A stretch of 64,000 bases of DNA from Eledone cirrhosa. Lineage: Eukaryota. The DNA lies in the NCBI GenBank assembly GCA_964016885.1, contig OZ024744.1, positions 14,136,001-14,200,000 on the forward strand. The letters are read 5' to 3'. How positions within the stretch are numbered: the first letter of the stretch is position 1; each line of letters opens with the position of its first letter. Positions 1 through 13,908 of this stretch are shown piece by piece. The notes beneath the pieces are model-generated. The model had not been told where the DNA came from, did no database searches, and saw only the letters and a program-made list of their open reading frames with translations. A program made the position numbers and the translations under genes.

Positions 1-344
1 GTGGCACCCTCACGCTGTAGACGAACATAAATAAACAAACAAACAAATAGATACCCCCCCCCAAAAAAAAGAAACCCCACAAGTTTTATTGTAATGTTTG
101 AATGTCTGACTTAGCTTTTCTTTCCTTTTTCTCTCTCCCTTTTTTTGTTTGTTTTTCTCCTTTGCGTTTTTCGTTTTACAAGGCCAGTAACATCGGTTAC
201 TAGTGTTGCTGTTGCTGCTGCTGCTAAGGGAAGTAGGGGTTGTTGTGTTCAATACTTTAAAAACCCATGTCCGTTGTTGCGTTTGCCTCTGTCTCTGTTC
301 TGTTCTATAATTTTTCGACTATAATTTTTTCTATAATTTTTTCC

Positions 345-441
345 GCTTTCATCCCTACGTGGCCGACACCACAAAGCACCTGCAACACACCGTGACAATT
401 GCTGACCCCGTGCCAAAAGCAGAAGCACTTATTATTATTAT
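345..441 (+). mobile_element. Degenerate 3' half of tRNA-derived SINE
   Basis: ctttcatccctacg...gtgccaaaagcagaagcactt(att)n matches the core and tail of the SINE copy at 18664-18860. Confidence 0.55.
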
Positions 442-479
442 ATTATAGTTTAGATTTGACATTGTTTAAACTAAACATT

Positions 480-1012
480 TTGAGAGAGTTTCGAGATATA
501 ACAACATAATTATTTTGGTGTTGTTGTTGTTGTTGTTAGCTGTTTGACCGAGTCACTAACCCAGTCTATTTATATCTTTTGATACCTTGCTCGCTTCTTT
601 TCATGTGTAGCGGCATCACCACACCTCTCTCAAGCAGTGAGGGAACAGTGGCGGCAGCGACGATGCAGCAGCGGAGGTGGTGATGGGACAGCGCCATAGG
701 ATGGTGCTGGTCTGTATTTGGCTAGATTTTTTGTGGTAGTGGTGATGGTGATGGTGGCGGAGGCGGTGGCGGTGGTGCGGGTGGTGAAGTTATTTGGCTG
801 TTATTTTCTAGCCATTTTCTTTTCTGACTATAATATTTCTGGTACAAAATTAAATATTAAATTAAATATTACATATTGTAGCCCTATGCCGCTATGTGAT
901 GCGTTGCCACTTCCTGAGAGTGAAAACTGATATCTTACGTTTCATTTGTAATAAGAATTATTCTATCACAATTGTTTTAAATATGTAAAAAATCAAAAAC
1001 TTACGGGAGCGA
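480..1012. repeat. Dispersed ~0.5-1 kb non-coding unit, copy 1 (partial, most diverged)
   Basis: Shares tttgaccgagtcactaa..tctatttatatcttttg and aatatgt.aaaaatcaaaaac with 4520-5497 and 17620-18600, and the following ttacgggagcga with 17620-18600. Confidence 0.75.
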
Positions 1013-1029
1013 TATTATTATTATTATTA

Positions 1030-4000
1030 CAGCTGCATTTATCTTGCTTTATGTTCATACGAGTTATCACCAAGTCACAACCAGTGACCTCAAGAGACAA
1101 CAAGGTCCGCCATGTTCAAGAAAGAACATACATACACACACATGCATCTTTAGGTGTTTAGACTTGTGACGTACTTATATTGACAGAATCTTCCTTAGTA
1201 TATGGGCAGTTCCCATTAGTACTATCTTTTGTATTTCTCCTATACGCGGGTTTCCTGGGATTTGCGATAAGTAATCATTAGACCCCTTAGGTATCATTCC
1301 TAGAGCGCCTACAACCACTGGTATTGTTTTAGTTCTCAATTTCCACATTTTTCCAATTTCTATCTCCAGGTCCTTATACTTGCTCAATTTTTCAAATGTT
1401 TTTATAGATACATTCTTGTCTATTGGAACGGACATATCAATTAGCAGGCATACCCTCTTTTTAAAGTCCTTCAGTATTATATCGGGTCTATTTGCATCTA
1501 TTTTTCTATCTGTTTGGATGCTAAAGTTCCACAAGATTGAGATGTGATCTTTTTCAAGTATGGGAGGTGGTTGATGCTCCCACCAATTCTTTTGATGGGA
1601 CAGGTCAAAATGCTTACACATTATCCAATGTATGTATTGTGCAGCTCTGTCATGCCTGTTTAGGTGTTCGGTTGGAGCTATAGGGCTGCACATTGAAATT
1701 ATATGATCAATGGTCTCTGGTTGTTTTTTACATACACGGCATAATGGGCTGCATCTATTTTTTATTATGTTGGCTTGGTAATTTTTTGTTGGCAGACACT
1801 GATCCTGTGCTGATATAATCAGTCCTTCAGTCTCCGATTTCAGTCCAGAGGATGCCAACCACTGATGGGTTAAAGTTTTGTCAACATCAGGATTGTTAGT
1901 TCGTTCTGGGTATTTTCCATACAGAGGCTTTTCTTGCCATTTCTTAGCCAGTTTCTGTAGCAGTTCTTTCTTTGCAGTTACTTTTACCTGCTTTGCTTTT
2001 TCTGTGTTTTCCATTTCAGCAGTAAATGTAACTTCTGAAATTTGTAGTCCATTACTGTATCTTTGTGCATCTTTTGTAATGGAATATGATCTTTTGATGC
2101 TTTCGTGTTTCAAAACGAGTTTGATCATCCAATCATTGATTCCCTTAGATATGTAGATAATCCAATTGTTGCAGTTTTCAACGCAATATCTAACTGGATT
2201 AACCCACGTCCTCCTTCTTTCCTAGGGAGATATATTCTATCTGTATCTGCCTTAGGGTGATGTATTCTGTGCATGGTTAAGAATTTTCGAATTTTTGTAT
2301 CGAGCCTACGGATCTCTGTGCTTGACCAGTTGATGACATTGTAACTGTAGGTTACTATTGGTATGGCAAGCGTGTTTATGGCATCGATCCTATTCCTTGC
2401 ATTCAATTCCATTCTTAAGATTGCTCTTACTCTGCGGTAACATTCCTTCCTTATCCATTCCCTCATTGTCGAGTACTTGATTCCGTCTCCTTCACAAACA
2501 CCTAGATATTTGTAAGTTTTTTCTTGATCAAGTTCTCTTATCACATTCTCCCGATCAAAATTAATGTCTGAACTTTTCAGCAGCTTTCCTCTGGTGAACG
2601 TTGCTTTGGCGCATTTATCTAGTCCAAACTCCATTTTAATGTCATCACTGAACTGCTCCACAGTGGATAATAGCCCTTGCAATTGTTCATCATTTTTTGC
2701 AAATAGTTTCAAGTCATCCATGTAGAACAAGTGATTAATGGTTTTGTCATAGACTTTATATCCATGTTTTGTTTCATTGAGCATTTTACTTAATGGTATA
2801 AGTGCGATGCAGAATAAAAGCGGTGATAAAGAGTCACCCTGAAAAATTCCACAATTAATATTAACCTCTCCAGCTTCCAGTGATTTTGTTTCACTATTCA
2901 AAAGGAGTGTCGTTTTCCTTGTCTTCATACTGAATGACAAAAACCTCCTGACAACGGAGAGATATTTTGAAAATCTCTAAACATTTTTCAATCCAACTGT
3001 GTGGCAAACTATCGAATGCTTTTTTTATAATCTATCCAAGCAATTGATAGATTTTTGTGTCTATTATGACAATCTTCCAGTATCATTTTGTTAACCAAAA
3101 ACCGATCCTTACAGCCATATGAGCCTCGTTTACACCCTTTCTGCTCATTGGGAAATAGGTCATTTGTTATCAGATGGTCATATGTATATTCAGTTAGGAC
3201 TGATGTTAAAATTTTATACATTGTGGTCAAGCAAGTTATCGGTCTGTAATTTTTGGGATTGTTTGTCTCATCATTCTTCGGAAGCAGGAATGTAATGCCG
3301 TTAACTAGCCATGTTGGTATCTTTTCTGGCTCCTTAACTATTTCATTGTAAAGTTGGGCTAACAGCTCATGAGACTCTGTGAAGGCATTTATCCAAACAT
3401 TTGGTATTTTGTCTTTTCCTGGGGATTTCCATTTGCTGGTTTTTCTAAGAGCCAAATGCAACTGTTCAACTGTTATATTTTCCTATATTTGTTCCTCAAG
3501 GTGAGCTGTATCTTTCATTTGTCTGTCTATCCATGGGGCATGTATATTATGAACTTTTTCTTCGGCCCAGATCTTTTCCCAGAATTTTTGCACTTCTTCC
3601 TTGGGTCGTATTGATTTAGCAGTTATTGTTGACTTGCCAATTTTTCTGTAGAAGTTTCTTTGGTTGTTTTTGAACATATTATTGTCCTTATAGAATCTAG
3701 ATCGTTTTTCAAAGCGCCTTATACGAGCAGCTTTGGCCGACACTTTTTGCTTGATTATTTCTATCAGCATGTCTATGTCACTTGTACTTTCTTTTCAATT
3801 TTCTAAGTTTAGTTTGTTTAACATGTTCACCTACTTTGTAGTTTGTTAACATTTCTGTCAGATCGGAGAAGGTTTATTTGGCGATTGATGTTCTGTTGCC
3901 AAGTAGATTTCTTGTGGGAATTCCTTTGTTTTTTCATTTTCACTCCACATAAGTGAGTGGTGACTTTAGCCGATGCATAATAGAGATGATTTAAATCGGT

Positions 4001-4519
4001 AATGTTTAGTTTGTTTGTGATGATAATGTTTTTGAGAATTATGTTAGTCTTGTGTATTATCTTTTGGTTCTGTTTGGAGTTCTGGATCTTAGGGAGGGTG
4101 TCTCGTTGCCCCATGTCAGATTCTTTCATTTTCATCCATTCGATCATAATTTCATCCTTCAAGTTGGCAAGTTCATTCTCATTCATTTCTTTATCATTTA
4201 CGATCTCATTGTTTTCATTTTGAGTTTCATCTTGAGCATGCACTCCCTCCACTTTTTCGATCCTTTCTTTAATTTGTTCTGTTGCTAGTGATTCCGCCCC
4301 AACCCTGGGATTCGAAGTGTTACAATTTACCTCGTTTTCACTGACACATGTTTCATTTTCCCTTCGCTGACTTTGTGCTAATAGCTTGATCTAATCAATT
4401 TCTATATCAGTTAGTAACTTTTTTAAAACAATATTTCTTCGTATATTGGCTAGTTTGTTGCTGTCAATATAGCCTCTGTTTTCGGGATGTTTCTTTTTCC
4501 AGTTGATATATGTCTGTTT
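1030..4519 (-). mobile_element. R4/Dong-clade RLE non-LTR retrotransposon, copy 1 (frameshifted, 5' part deleted)
   Basis: RT motifs (KSPGKDKI, NYRPITCL, GIFQGDSLSPLLF, HLFYMDDLKLF), CCHC (CRVC..HIISMC) and RLE (RPDII..D) in ORF pieces 1175-4252; 3' end abuts (TAA)n at 1013-1029. Confidence 0.92.
1175..4519 (-). pseudogene. Disrupted single ORF: reverse transcriptase + CCHC + restriction-like endonuclease
   Basis: ORF fragments 3827-4252, 3483-3770, 3009-3461, 2125-2940 and 1175-2128 are colinear with copy 2. Confidence 0.9.
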
Positions 4520-5497
4520 TGTTGTTTTTTAAATTGTTATTATCATGAGTGGTTCCTTAATGTGAGCATTGCGTGGCCTAAGAATGAAATTATTAATAAT
4601 TGTTTCTACTTTTGGCACACTTTTTGATGAAGTTGCCTGTTATTGTTGTTGGCTATGTCGGTGGTGGTGCTGGGGCTTTTTCTATTGTTGATGGGGAAGG
4701 GGGGAGCCAGCAGTGCCATAGTCGTTGACGTTTGACCGAGTCACTAAGTCAGTCTATTTATATCTTTTGCTAGCCTCTCCCTTATCTAGTGATACCGCCA
4801 CCTTCCCCTTTCTTAAGTTAACAGAAGGCAATGGGGGAATAGTGGTGGTAGCCATGGCGGCAGTGATGGGATAGTGGTAGCAATGATGGATGGAGTGGTG
4901 GCGGCGGTGACTATAGCGATGGCGTTGTCGTTACAGAGTTTTGTTGAATAGACTGTAGTCTGTTTGATCTGTGTATATATGCGGTTTGTCGCGTATGTTT
5001 AATATGTGTTGACATATTTTCTTAATATTGGAATTAAACATTTTGTGAAAACTTGAGACAATATTGCCTTTCATCCTTACGAGGTCGATAAAATAAAGTA
5101 CCAGTAATGCACTGTGTAATTGCTGACCTTGTGCCTAAAGTAGAAACAATTATTATTATGCTGGGATTGGTGGTGGTGGTGGTGAAATTGCCGTTATCTG
5201 GCTGTTGTATTTAGTGTACACAGAGGGGTGATGGATAGGTGGTGTATCTAGTTTGTGGTGTTGGTGAAATTGCTGTTATTTGGCTGTTCTATATAGTGTA
5301 GACAGAGGGGGTTTTCTTCCATTTATAACCATTTCCTTTTTTGAATATAAAATTTATAATACAAAATTGAATATTTGAGCGATATAATAGGATATTATGG
5401 ATCCGAATTTTCTGAGAGTTGAGTCTGGTGCTTTATGTATCATTTGTACTAAGAATTGTTATTCACAATTGTTTTAAATATGTTAAAAATCAAAAAC
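4520..5497. repeat. Dispersed ~1 kb non-coding unit, copy 2
   Basis: Aligns by eye along its length to 17620-18550. Confidence 0.85.
5066..5159 (+). mobile_element. SINE 3' half inserted in the repeat unit
   Basis: gcctttcatccttacgaggtcgataaaataaagtaccag...gtgcctaaagtagaaacaattattatt; absent from the unit copy near 18200. Confidence 0.8.
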
Positions 5498-5724
5498 ATT
5501 ATTATTATTATTATTATTATTGGTCTAAGAGGACGTACTTTGCTCGCTCCAAGTAAGTCGCTTGATTTGCCTGTTAAAATTATTTGTTGTTAAATATTTC
5601 TTGTTGTGTAAGGGATATAAGCCCTTAGACTTGCCCTGTGAAGGGGAAAGTATAATATTTGGGCCTTTTGGCCCAAATATTTGAACTTTTTTTACATGTT
5701 AAAAAATTTAAGGAGAAAAAAAAC

Positions 5725-7698
5725 ATGGCTGAGCCACGCCCCCCAGCGATATGTCTGCTGTCGTGCGACAACGACGTAGAAGTTGAGAGGAGCGCTACAG
5801 CGAAATTAACACAAATTGATAACACAAACACCACCACAAACAAGGTAAACAAAGACACCAATGATACCAATGAGAACTCTAATTTTGAAAAAAAATACAG
5901 TAACAGCGGCAACGAAAATACAGATAAGAAAATAAAAATAACAAATACAACAACAATATCAACACCACTAACATGAAAACAAATAGCGACAACACCACAG
6001 CAACAATACCAACTGCACTGAGAACAACGGTGGCAACAAAGACAACAATCATAACAGCGACAGTGCTAACAACAACACCAACAAGAACAACGACAACAAC
6101 AACACCCCCAACGAAAACAAGAAGAACACTTTCGCTGCGGCAGCAGCAAAAAAGAGGCCATGCTTCAATATGGACCTCTCAAACAAAGATGAAAAGTTGG
6201 CCCAGGCATGGAAGCTCATCAAGCAAGAGCAAACCTGGTCCAACTTGACTGTCCCGGTAGAAGCTATTGATGCAGTGAAGCGCAGAACGGTGCATTATAG
6301 ATGCATCTCAGCACAAACCAAATGGGCAGCTTTAATCCCACAAGAAGATGTCGAAGTCGCGCTGAGTTGCATAAGAGAAGACACCGAATACATAGAGAGG
6401 GGCAAACAGTACGGCACCATTTCGGTGTTGTTCAAGTCAGAAGCCCTCGCTATGAAACACGCTATGACTCCTTGCAAAACCAGCAAGGTCATAATGTACC
6501 CCTCCCACATGGGAAATAGAACGGCCCGTCTCCGCATTCCCAGAATCCCACCAGGACTTGACATGTGGTGGCTTCTGGGATGTGTGATTGTGGAGGGGAC
6601 GGATACCGTCCCTATAGAAGTGACCGGAACGGCCAGAGAGGACTGCTCCGGGGTTGACCTGGAGATATTTCTCCGGATCAAGCCCGAGAATGTGAAGACA
6701 ATCCCGGACCACATCCGCCTTCAGATTGGGACGGTCATTCACATTATGACCGAAGGCAAAAGGTCGCAGTGTTTTGTTTGTGGGGAAAAACCCATTTGCG
6801 AGCCTTCTGCCCTCAACTGCTGAAAGAGGCCAAGGGTCGAAAGGCTCCACTGCTGCCAACGCCGGGGCGAGGACCACAAGCACACCAGCACCGGCAAAAC
6901 CACTAACAACAACACCAATAGAAAGACCACCAACAACATTGACCACCCAGGGGGGAAACGAGGAAAGCTGTCAAATTCCCCCTCCCCCCAAAAAAAATAC
7001 ACACACCAATAAAACCATAAACATACATACACACACACTTACAGACACAGACCCCTCATCTACCAGTAGTGAAGATGAGGGAAAACCAAAATCCCCCAAA
7101 ATACAAAAAAGGAAACACAAAAAGTCAAAAAAAGGCAACAAAGCACAAAAGCACCCACAATAAAAAACGCAGACACCACCCACGCAATCATCTCTCCAAT
7201 AACACCAACATCAACACCACCATCAGCAGAATCCCCCAAACGCAAACAACCGAAACAGACGCAAGACAAATATACACACAAACATCTGAAACCACAGACA
7301 CCGCACTCACAACAAACACAGTCACAACCGAAACAACACCACCAAAACCATCACCACCACAGCCACGCAAACAAATAAAATCACACCAACAAAATATACA
7401 AAACTTCGTGCTCGTCAGGAGGGCCAACAAGGAACTGATGGCCCTCGTAGCACGAAGTGAAAATATACAAACAGAGGGGGACATTTTTAAATCGAGCACA
7501 TTTCGCGTGCCGGAAGATTTGGTTCTGGTGCGAATGTCGCTCGATATATTCAAAGAAATACGAGACAGCTTTCCTCGGGACGTGGGAACCCCGAACGTAA
7601 AACCCACTTCAAGACTTTTAAAGGGGTTCCCAAAAGAAACCCCACTATCTATGGAGGTCGAACAACCCGACCTTCACAAGAGCCCGGAAGGTAAGTAA
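5725..7698 (+). pseudogene. Tx1-type ORF1 (gag-like nucleic-acid-binding protein with zinc knuckle), frameshifted
   Basis: ORF pieces 5659-5976, 6170-6823, 6774-7163 and 7069-7698; CFVCGEK..H..C knuckle across a frameshift near 6790; T/P/K-rich linkers. Confidence 0.7.
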
Positions 7699-7729
7699 AC
7701 ATTCCTCTCTCTCTGTTTAACCTGCCAAC

Positions 7730-10700
7730 ATGGCCGTATTAAGAGTAGGGTGTTTAAATGCTCGAGGCCTGGGATCGTCCTGGAAGCAGGGTCACCTGCT
7801 CAACGACCTCAGGTCTATAGAAATGGATGTAATTGCCGTCAGCGAGACCAGGATTTCCGACACGCGCGCACTAGCCCCCATTTTCGACGACTATCAGATC
7901 TTTGAATCTGTTAGCCGGCCGGTAATGGGAGGCGGGGTGGCAGTGCTGTTTAGGAAAGGCCTGGATCTCGAGGTAAGGTCGATCTTCCGGGACCCGGACG
8001 GGAAGTTGGTGGTCCTGGACGTGAACAATAACGAAGGTGGTGCCTTTAGACTAGTGGCCGTCTATGTTCATACTGGGGCAGGACGGCCGGACATCTTTAG
8101 ACGCCTGGAAGCCTTTCTGGGTACGTCTCGCCCTTTACTGTTAGCAGGGGACTGGAACGGCATCTTAGACGCACGCTGGAACTGTGTGGGAGTATCCGAT
8201 AGGAGCAGGGGGTGCAAAAGCCTCAAGAACCTAATCAGCCAGTTCCAACTGTCTGACAGGTACCGACTAGATTTCCTTAATGCGCCAGTGTGGACCTGGG
8301 CTAACCGCATAGTGTCATCTAGATAGTATATAGACAGGATATTCATTAGGAAAATAGATGGAAATTGTGTAAGCTGTCCACGTTTTGAAACGGTCGCCTA
8401 TTCAGATCACAAGTTTGTGATCTGTATGGTCGACCTAGATAAGACGCGTAGGTTAGGACCTGGTTACTGGTAGCTAAACATGTCATTTCCGGCACGTAAG
8501 GCTTACAGGGGCCAGGTCAACAATTTAGTTAAGAAAAAGTTGACAGGGTGAGTCGTGAACAATAGATGGTGGTGGTGGTGGTGGTGGGGGGCTCTCAAAA
8601 GAGAGATTAGAGTAATGTCGATAGAGTTTAGCAAAGAAGTAGCATTAGAGAAAAATAGAAAGGAGGGGGAGTTGGTAGATAAGTTAGACGAGACTATTGG
8701 TAGTGGCATGCAACTGATGTGCTAGCGGCGAGAATGGCATTAGACCATTTCTTCAATGCGAAACACGAAGGTTGCATTGTCAGAGCTAAGGCGCGTGCTC
8801 TGAGAAACGAGGGAACCAAAGCTGTTCGATGGACCCGCGTGACAGAGGCGCAGCGAGGTAATAAAACCACGATTCGGTCTTTGACGGACCGAGACGGACA
8901 CGAGCTGAGCGATTCCAAGAGGATGTGTGACGGCTTTCGCCAACATTTTGCTCGGTTGTTCGAGGGAAGTGGCGCGTCAGAGATGGTGGCGGACTTCAGT
9001 CCCTACCTCGATGGTTTGCCGTAACTCTCAACGGCTGACGCTGGGCGCTGCGAAAGGCCAATTACTTCAGCCGAGATTCAGGATGCCCTTGTCAGCTGCA
9101 TGTGGCGCGTGGTCTGCCCTATGAGCATTACGTAAATATGCCAGACTTGTTCTCCAATCTCCTCGAAGCCCTCTACTGCAACTGGCAGCAAAACGGGAGT
9201 ATTCCCAGTTCTGTGAGACGTGGCGTAGTGACGCTGATAAGGAAAGACGAGAACAAGAGGGACACATTAGACAATTTCAGGCCCATAACTCTGCTCAACA
9301 CAGAGTTTAAGATTTTGGCCAGGGTGTTAGCAAAGAGGTTGGCGGTTGTCGTCGGGGATTTGGTTGGGGAGGCGCAAACTTGCGCAATCCCAACCAGGTC
9401 CATACACGACAACCTCCACCTAATGCGATACATCATAGAGAGGGTAGGGTGCAAACCTGGCTTCCGTGGGGCTCTGATCAATTTAGATCAATCGAAAGCA
9501 TTCGATAGAATCGACCATCGGTACCTGGAGGCTGCCCTCAAGGCGGCTGGCTTCGGCCCCGTCTTCAGAAGCTGGATCGCTGCAATGCACAGCGGCACCT
9601 GCTCGATGGTCAAAATTAATGGCCACCTCTCGGAACCGTTTCAGGTCTCCCAATCGTTCTGTCAAGGGTGCCCTCTCTCCTCCCCTCTGTACGTATTCGA
9701 ATCTCGAGCCTTTACTGCGAAAGCTGGAGCTGTTGCAGGGAATCTCGCTCGAACCGGGACGCGGAAAGTCTGTGTCGGCTTATGCGGACGACATCACCGT
9801 GATGGTGTCGGACACCTCAGAAATCGAGGTGGTCGGCAACTTATTGGAGGAATATGAAAGGTTGATGGGAGCAAAACTTAACCCGGAAAAGTCGGTGGGC
9901 TTGCAACTCGGCACCTGGAGAGACAAGTCCATGCCGTCCAACAGCGTCGTTAGGCGCTGGACGGACGGACGGTAAAGTTGCTAGGGGTTTGGTTCGGGCC
10001 AGACCTCCAGGTGGATAAGAATTTGGACGAGGTGACTGGCAGGGTAGCCAGTCTCACCCAGAAATGGGCTGGGATGAAGCAATCACTGAAAGGTCGGGCG
10101 GAGGTGGCGAACGCGTACATCGCGTCCGTCATCTACTACCATCTGACCGTCGTCCCTTTCCGCCGTTCGCGCCTCGCCATATTGGAGCGGCTCTTCTTCA
10201 AATTCTTGTGGAGGGGTCAGGTTCTGCTGGTGAGGCGGTTCATCTGCCCGCACCCTCGACTTGGAGGGCTGGGCATGCCGTGGCTAATGACGCGCAGGTA
10301 CGCGCTGAGGCTGCGGCATCTCCAGATGTTCTGCCTGAACGGTGAACAGGTGTGGTCGCCGTTTGTCAGACGGGCCTTTCCACAGCACGTTTCTTTGACT
10401 GAGTTGCAGTCCTGGGTCAAGAAGAGACCGAGACTGGGTGACTGGCATCTGGAATGTTGCCAGGAACTCACTGCCCTCTACTAGGCCGGCAATGTGGTCA
10501 GCGGAACTTCCACTCTCGAGTTCTATAGAGGATTAGTGGTGGGCAAGTGCGACGACGCCCTCGGAGAGGCTCTGGGAATCAACGAAGTCGAACTAACCAG
10601 TCTGTTCCGGACGACTTTCGAGCCTGAGACGATGGATAATTTCCAAAAATCCCTCGCTTGGCAGTGCTACCGGGGGGCACTGCCGGTTCGAGATAAACTC

Positions 10701-11158
10701 TACAGGCACGGAAGTGCTGTCAGACGGACCTGCCCGAGATGCGCGCAGAGCGACGAAACCGTTCTGCACGCACTCGTCCAGTGTCCGTGCATTACTGACT
10801 TGTGGAGTTATGTCGAACAGCTGTTGTCGCGTGTAGAACGGATCCGGCTATCGGCCGAGTCCACAGTGAAGATCGACTCGCCGCCTTCTTTTGGCCAGGA
10901 AGGTCAGGCAATTTTCCTCTGTCTGGTGGCAGTAGCGAAAGAGGTTGTATGGTGGACGAGGTTGAAAGGACTGAAGACAGACACTTTTCTCTTCGGCCAA
11001 TCCCTCATCAACTTCTTCAAGTCTCACTTGGAAAGGAAGGTGAGGGTGGAGAGAGAAGTGCTGCCCCCCCCCCCCCCCCCAGTACATTTGCTGAAAGGTG
11101 GGTGAATGTGGCGAGAATGGCTCGTGTGAGTGGGCCTACTCCGGTCATGCGGCTGTAG
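7730..11158 (+). pseudogene. Tx1-type ORF2 (APE endonuclease, reverse transcriptase, CCHC), disrupted
   Basis: LNARGL, SETR, GDWN, SDH (APE); NFRPITLLN, DQSKAFDR, QGCPLS, YADD (RT); CPRC..HALVQC. Confidence 0.92.
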
Positions 11159-11443
11159 GTAGGTAAATTAGAGGAGGAGAGGGGTGCTCTTCCAGGGTGC
11201 TCTCGAAGCGTCGGGTCGTTCAAGACTGGTGCGGTACCTGAGCGAACCCTAGGTGGTCATCCCCCCTATTGGGGAATTTTTTCTTGTTGTTATTTTCTTG
11301 TTACTTTATTGTTACTTTGTTATTGTTATTCATATTGTTTACTCGATTTTTCTGTAAAACCCCACTGTCCCAGTCTTTTGTATTTTCCTCTATATGTCGA
11401 CCCTTGTGGCCAATAAATGAAATCATTATTATTATTATTATTA

Positions 11444-11596
11444 AGGGCGGTGGATTGGCAGTGTCGGTAGAGGGTCGGACGCCATGCTTTGACGTATAGA
11501 GTTACGGCCGTTGCCATTCTGATTTCAAATCCCGTCGAGGTTAACTTTTCCTTTCATCCTTACGGGGTCGTTAAAATAAAGTACAAGTAATGTACT
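11444..11596 (+). mobile_element. tRNA-derived SINE (Meta-domain-like core), 3'-truncated
   Basis: A-box-like tggcagtgtcgg, B-box-like tttcaaatcc, core cctttcatccttacggggtcg.taaaataaagtac. Confidence 0.85.
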
Positions 11597-11597
11597 T

Positions 11598-13908
11598 TAC
11601 GGGAGGCAATGACTGGATGCACAAGGGGTAAATCGCCTGGTTTGGATGGTCTGCCCTATGAACTTTACGTACAGATGCCAGACTTGTTCGGAGGCCTCTT
11701 GGCGGACGTCTACTGCAACTGGCAACAGAACGGGAGAATTCCCAGCTCTGGGAGCCGAGGAGCTGTGGCGCTGCTTAGAAAGGATCCGAACAAGGAGGAT
11801 AACATAGATAATTTTAGGCCCATAACGCTGCTAAACACAGAGTTCAAGATTTTGGCCAAGGTGCTAGCAAAGAGGTTGGCGCTTGTCGTTGGTCGTCTGG
11901 TGGGAGAGGCGCAGACATGCGCCATTCCCGACAGATACATCCACGACAACCTCCACCTCATGCGATACATCGTAGAGTGGGTAGCTAGGGAACCTGGCAC
12001 AGGTGGGTCCTTGATCAATTTAGATCAGTCGAAAGCTTTCGATAGGGTCGACCATCGTTACCTAGCGGCAGTCCTGAGGGCGGCTGGCTTTGGGCCCGTC
12101 TTCAGAGGCTGGATCGCTGCCATGCACAGCGACATCTGCTCTGTGGTGAGAGTGAACGGTCACCTTTCGGAACCGTTCAACATCATGCGCTCGGTCCGCC
12201 AAGGATGTCCCCTCTCGTCCCTCTTGTACGTATTGACTCTCGAGCCATTACTGCACAAACTGGAGATGTTGAGGGGGGTCCCGCGCGAACTAGGATGCGG
12301 AAGATCCATGTCAGCATATGCGGACGATGTCACCGTAGTGGTGTCGAACGCCAAACACATCGAGGCGATCGACACTACACTAAGAGAATACGAAGCGGTG
12401 ACAGGAGCAATGATCAACCAGGAAAAGTCAGTGGGCCTGCAGCTCGGCACCTGGAGAGGCAGGACCATGCCGTCCAACAGCGTCGTCGGGCGCTAGACGG
12501 ACGGACCAGTTAAATTGCTCGGGGTCTGGTTCGGTCCGGATCCCCAGACGGACAAAAACTGGGACGAGGTGACGAGCAGAGTGTCTTCTCTCACCCAGAA
12601 ATGGGCCGTCTGAAAGGTCGAGCAGAGGTGGCTAACGCGTATATCGCGTCCGTCATCTACTACCGCCTGACCATCGTACCTTGTCCTAAGCCCCGCCTGA
12701 CTGCGATGGAGCGTTTGCTCTTTCGCTTTTTGTGGAAGGGACGCGCTCCGATGGTCAGGCGGTCCATCTGCTGTCAACACCCGCTACGTGGAGGGCTGGG
12801 AATGCCGTGGCTGATGATGCGCAGACACGCGCTCAGGCTACGACATCTCCACCTCTTCCTCGACGGTGATCAGGTGTGGTCTCCGTTTCCTAGACACGTC
12901 TTTCCCCAGCTCGTCTCCTTGACGGAGCTGCAGTCCTGGGTCAAGCGAAGACCAAGAGGGAGCGCTTGGGGACTGAAATGTCTTCAGGCGCTCACAGACC
13001 TCGACCAATCGGGCAATGTGATCGGTGGAAACTCCACCTTGGCGTTCTATAGAGGATTAGTGGAAGGGAAGAGTGACGACGTACTTGGGGAAATTCTAGG
13101 CGTCGACGAAAATCAACTAGCCAATCTCTTCGGAAGAACTTTCGGGCCGGGGCCTATGGACAACTTCCAGAAATCCCTGGCCTGGCAGTGCTACCGATGA
13201 GATTGCCAGTTCGGGATAAACTCTACAGGCATGGAGGTGCCGTCAGCCGGGCATGTCCGAGATGCGCGCAGGGCGACGAAACCGTCCTGCACGCATTCGC
13301 CCAGTGTCCGAGCATTGCTGACTTGTGGGTTTATGTCAAACACCTGCTGTCGTGTGTAGGACGGATCCAGCTATCAGCTGAGTCCATCGTGAGGATTGCC
13401 CTGTCCTCTTCCTTTAGCCGGGAAGGGCAGGCATTTTGTATCTGTCTGGTGGCCATGGCAAAAGAGATAGTATGGTGGACACGTTTGAAAGGGCTGAAGA
13501 CGAGCACTTACCTCTTCGGTGATGCCCTGATTAACTTTTTCAAATTTCATTTGAAAAGGAAAATCAGGAAAGATGGGTGAGAGAGGCAAGAATGGCCCGA
13601 GTGAATGGGCCTACTCTGAGTATGTGTCTGTAAATTAAAGGTGGAAAACTGGGAGAGCGCACTTGCCCTGGTGGTCAGGGTCACTGTGGATTTTTAATGG
13701 GCTTTCTCCACGAATGTCCCTCGGAAGTCTCCCCCCTATTGGGGAATTTTTTCATTGTTCTATTATTACATCCTCTGTTTCTTGTTTTTTTTTACACGCA
13801 GAAATGCCCATTTGTACCGCCCTGTATTGTCCTGTACTGTCCTTAATGTTTACTTTATGTAAACCCTGTGGTTAATAAAGAATATTATTATTATTATTAT
13901 TATTATTA
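11598..13908 (+). mobile_element. 5'-truncated L1/Tx1-clade LINE, copy 2
   Basis: KSPGLDGLP...YADD RT (11609-12496), CPRC..HAFAQC, AATAAA and (ATT)n tail. Confidence 0.9.

Larger units (their letters stand above)
5522..11443 (+). mobile_element. Near full-length L1/Tx1-clade LINE, copy 1 (decayed)
   Basis: Two-ORF layout; APE endonuclease, RT and CCHC; AATAAA at 11412 and (ATT)n tail; (ATT)n also on the 5' flank (5498-5521). Confidence 0.9.
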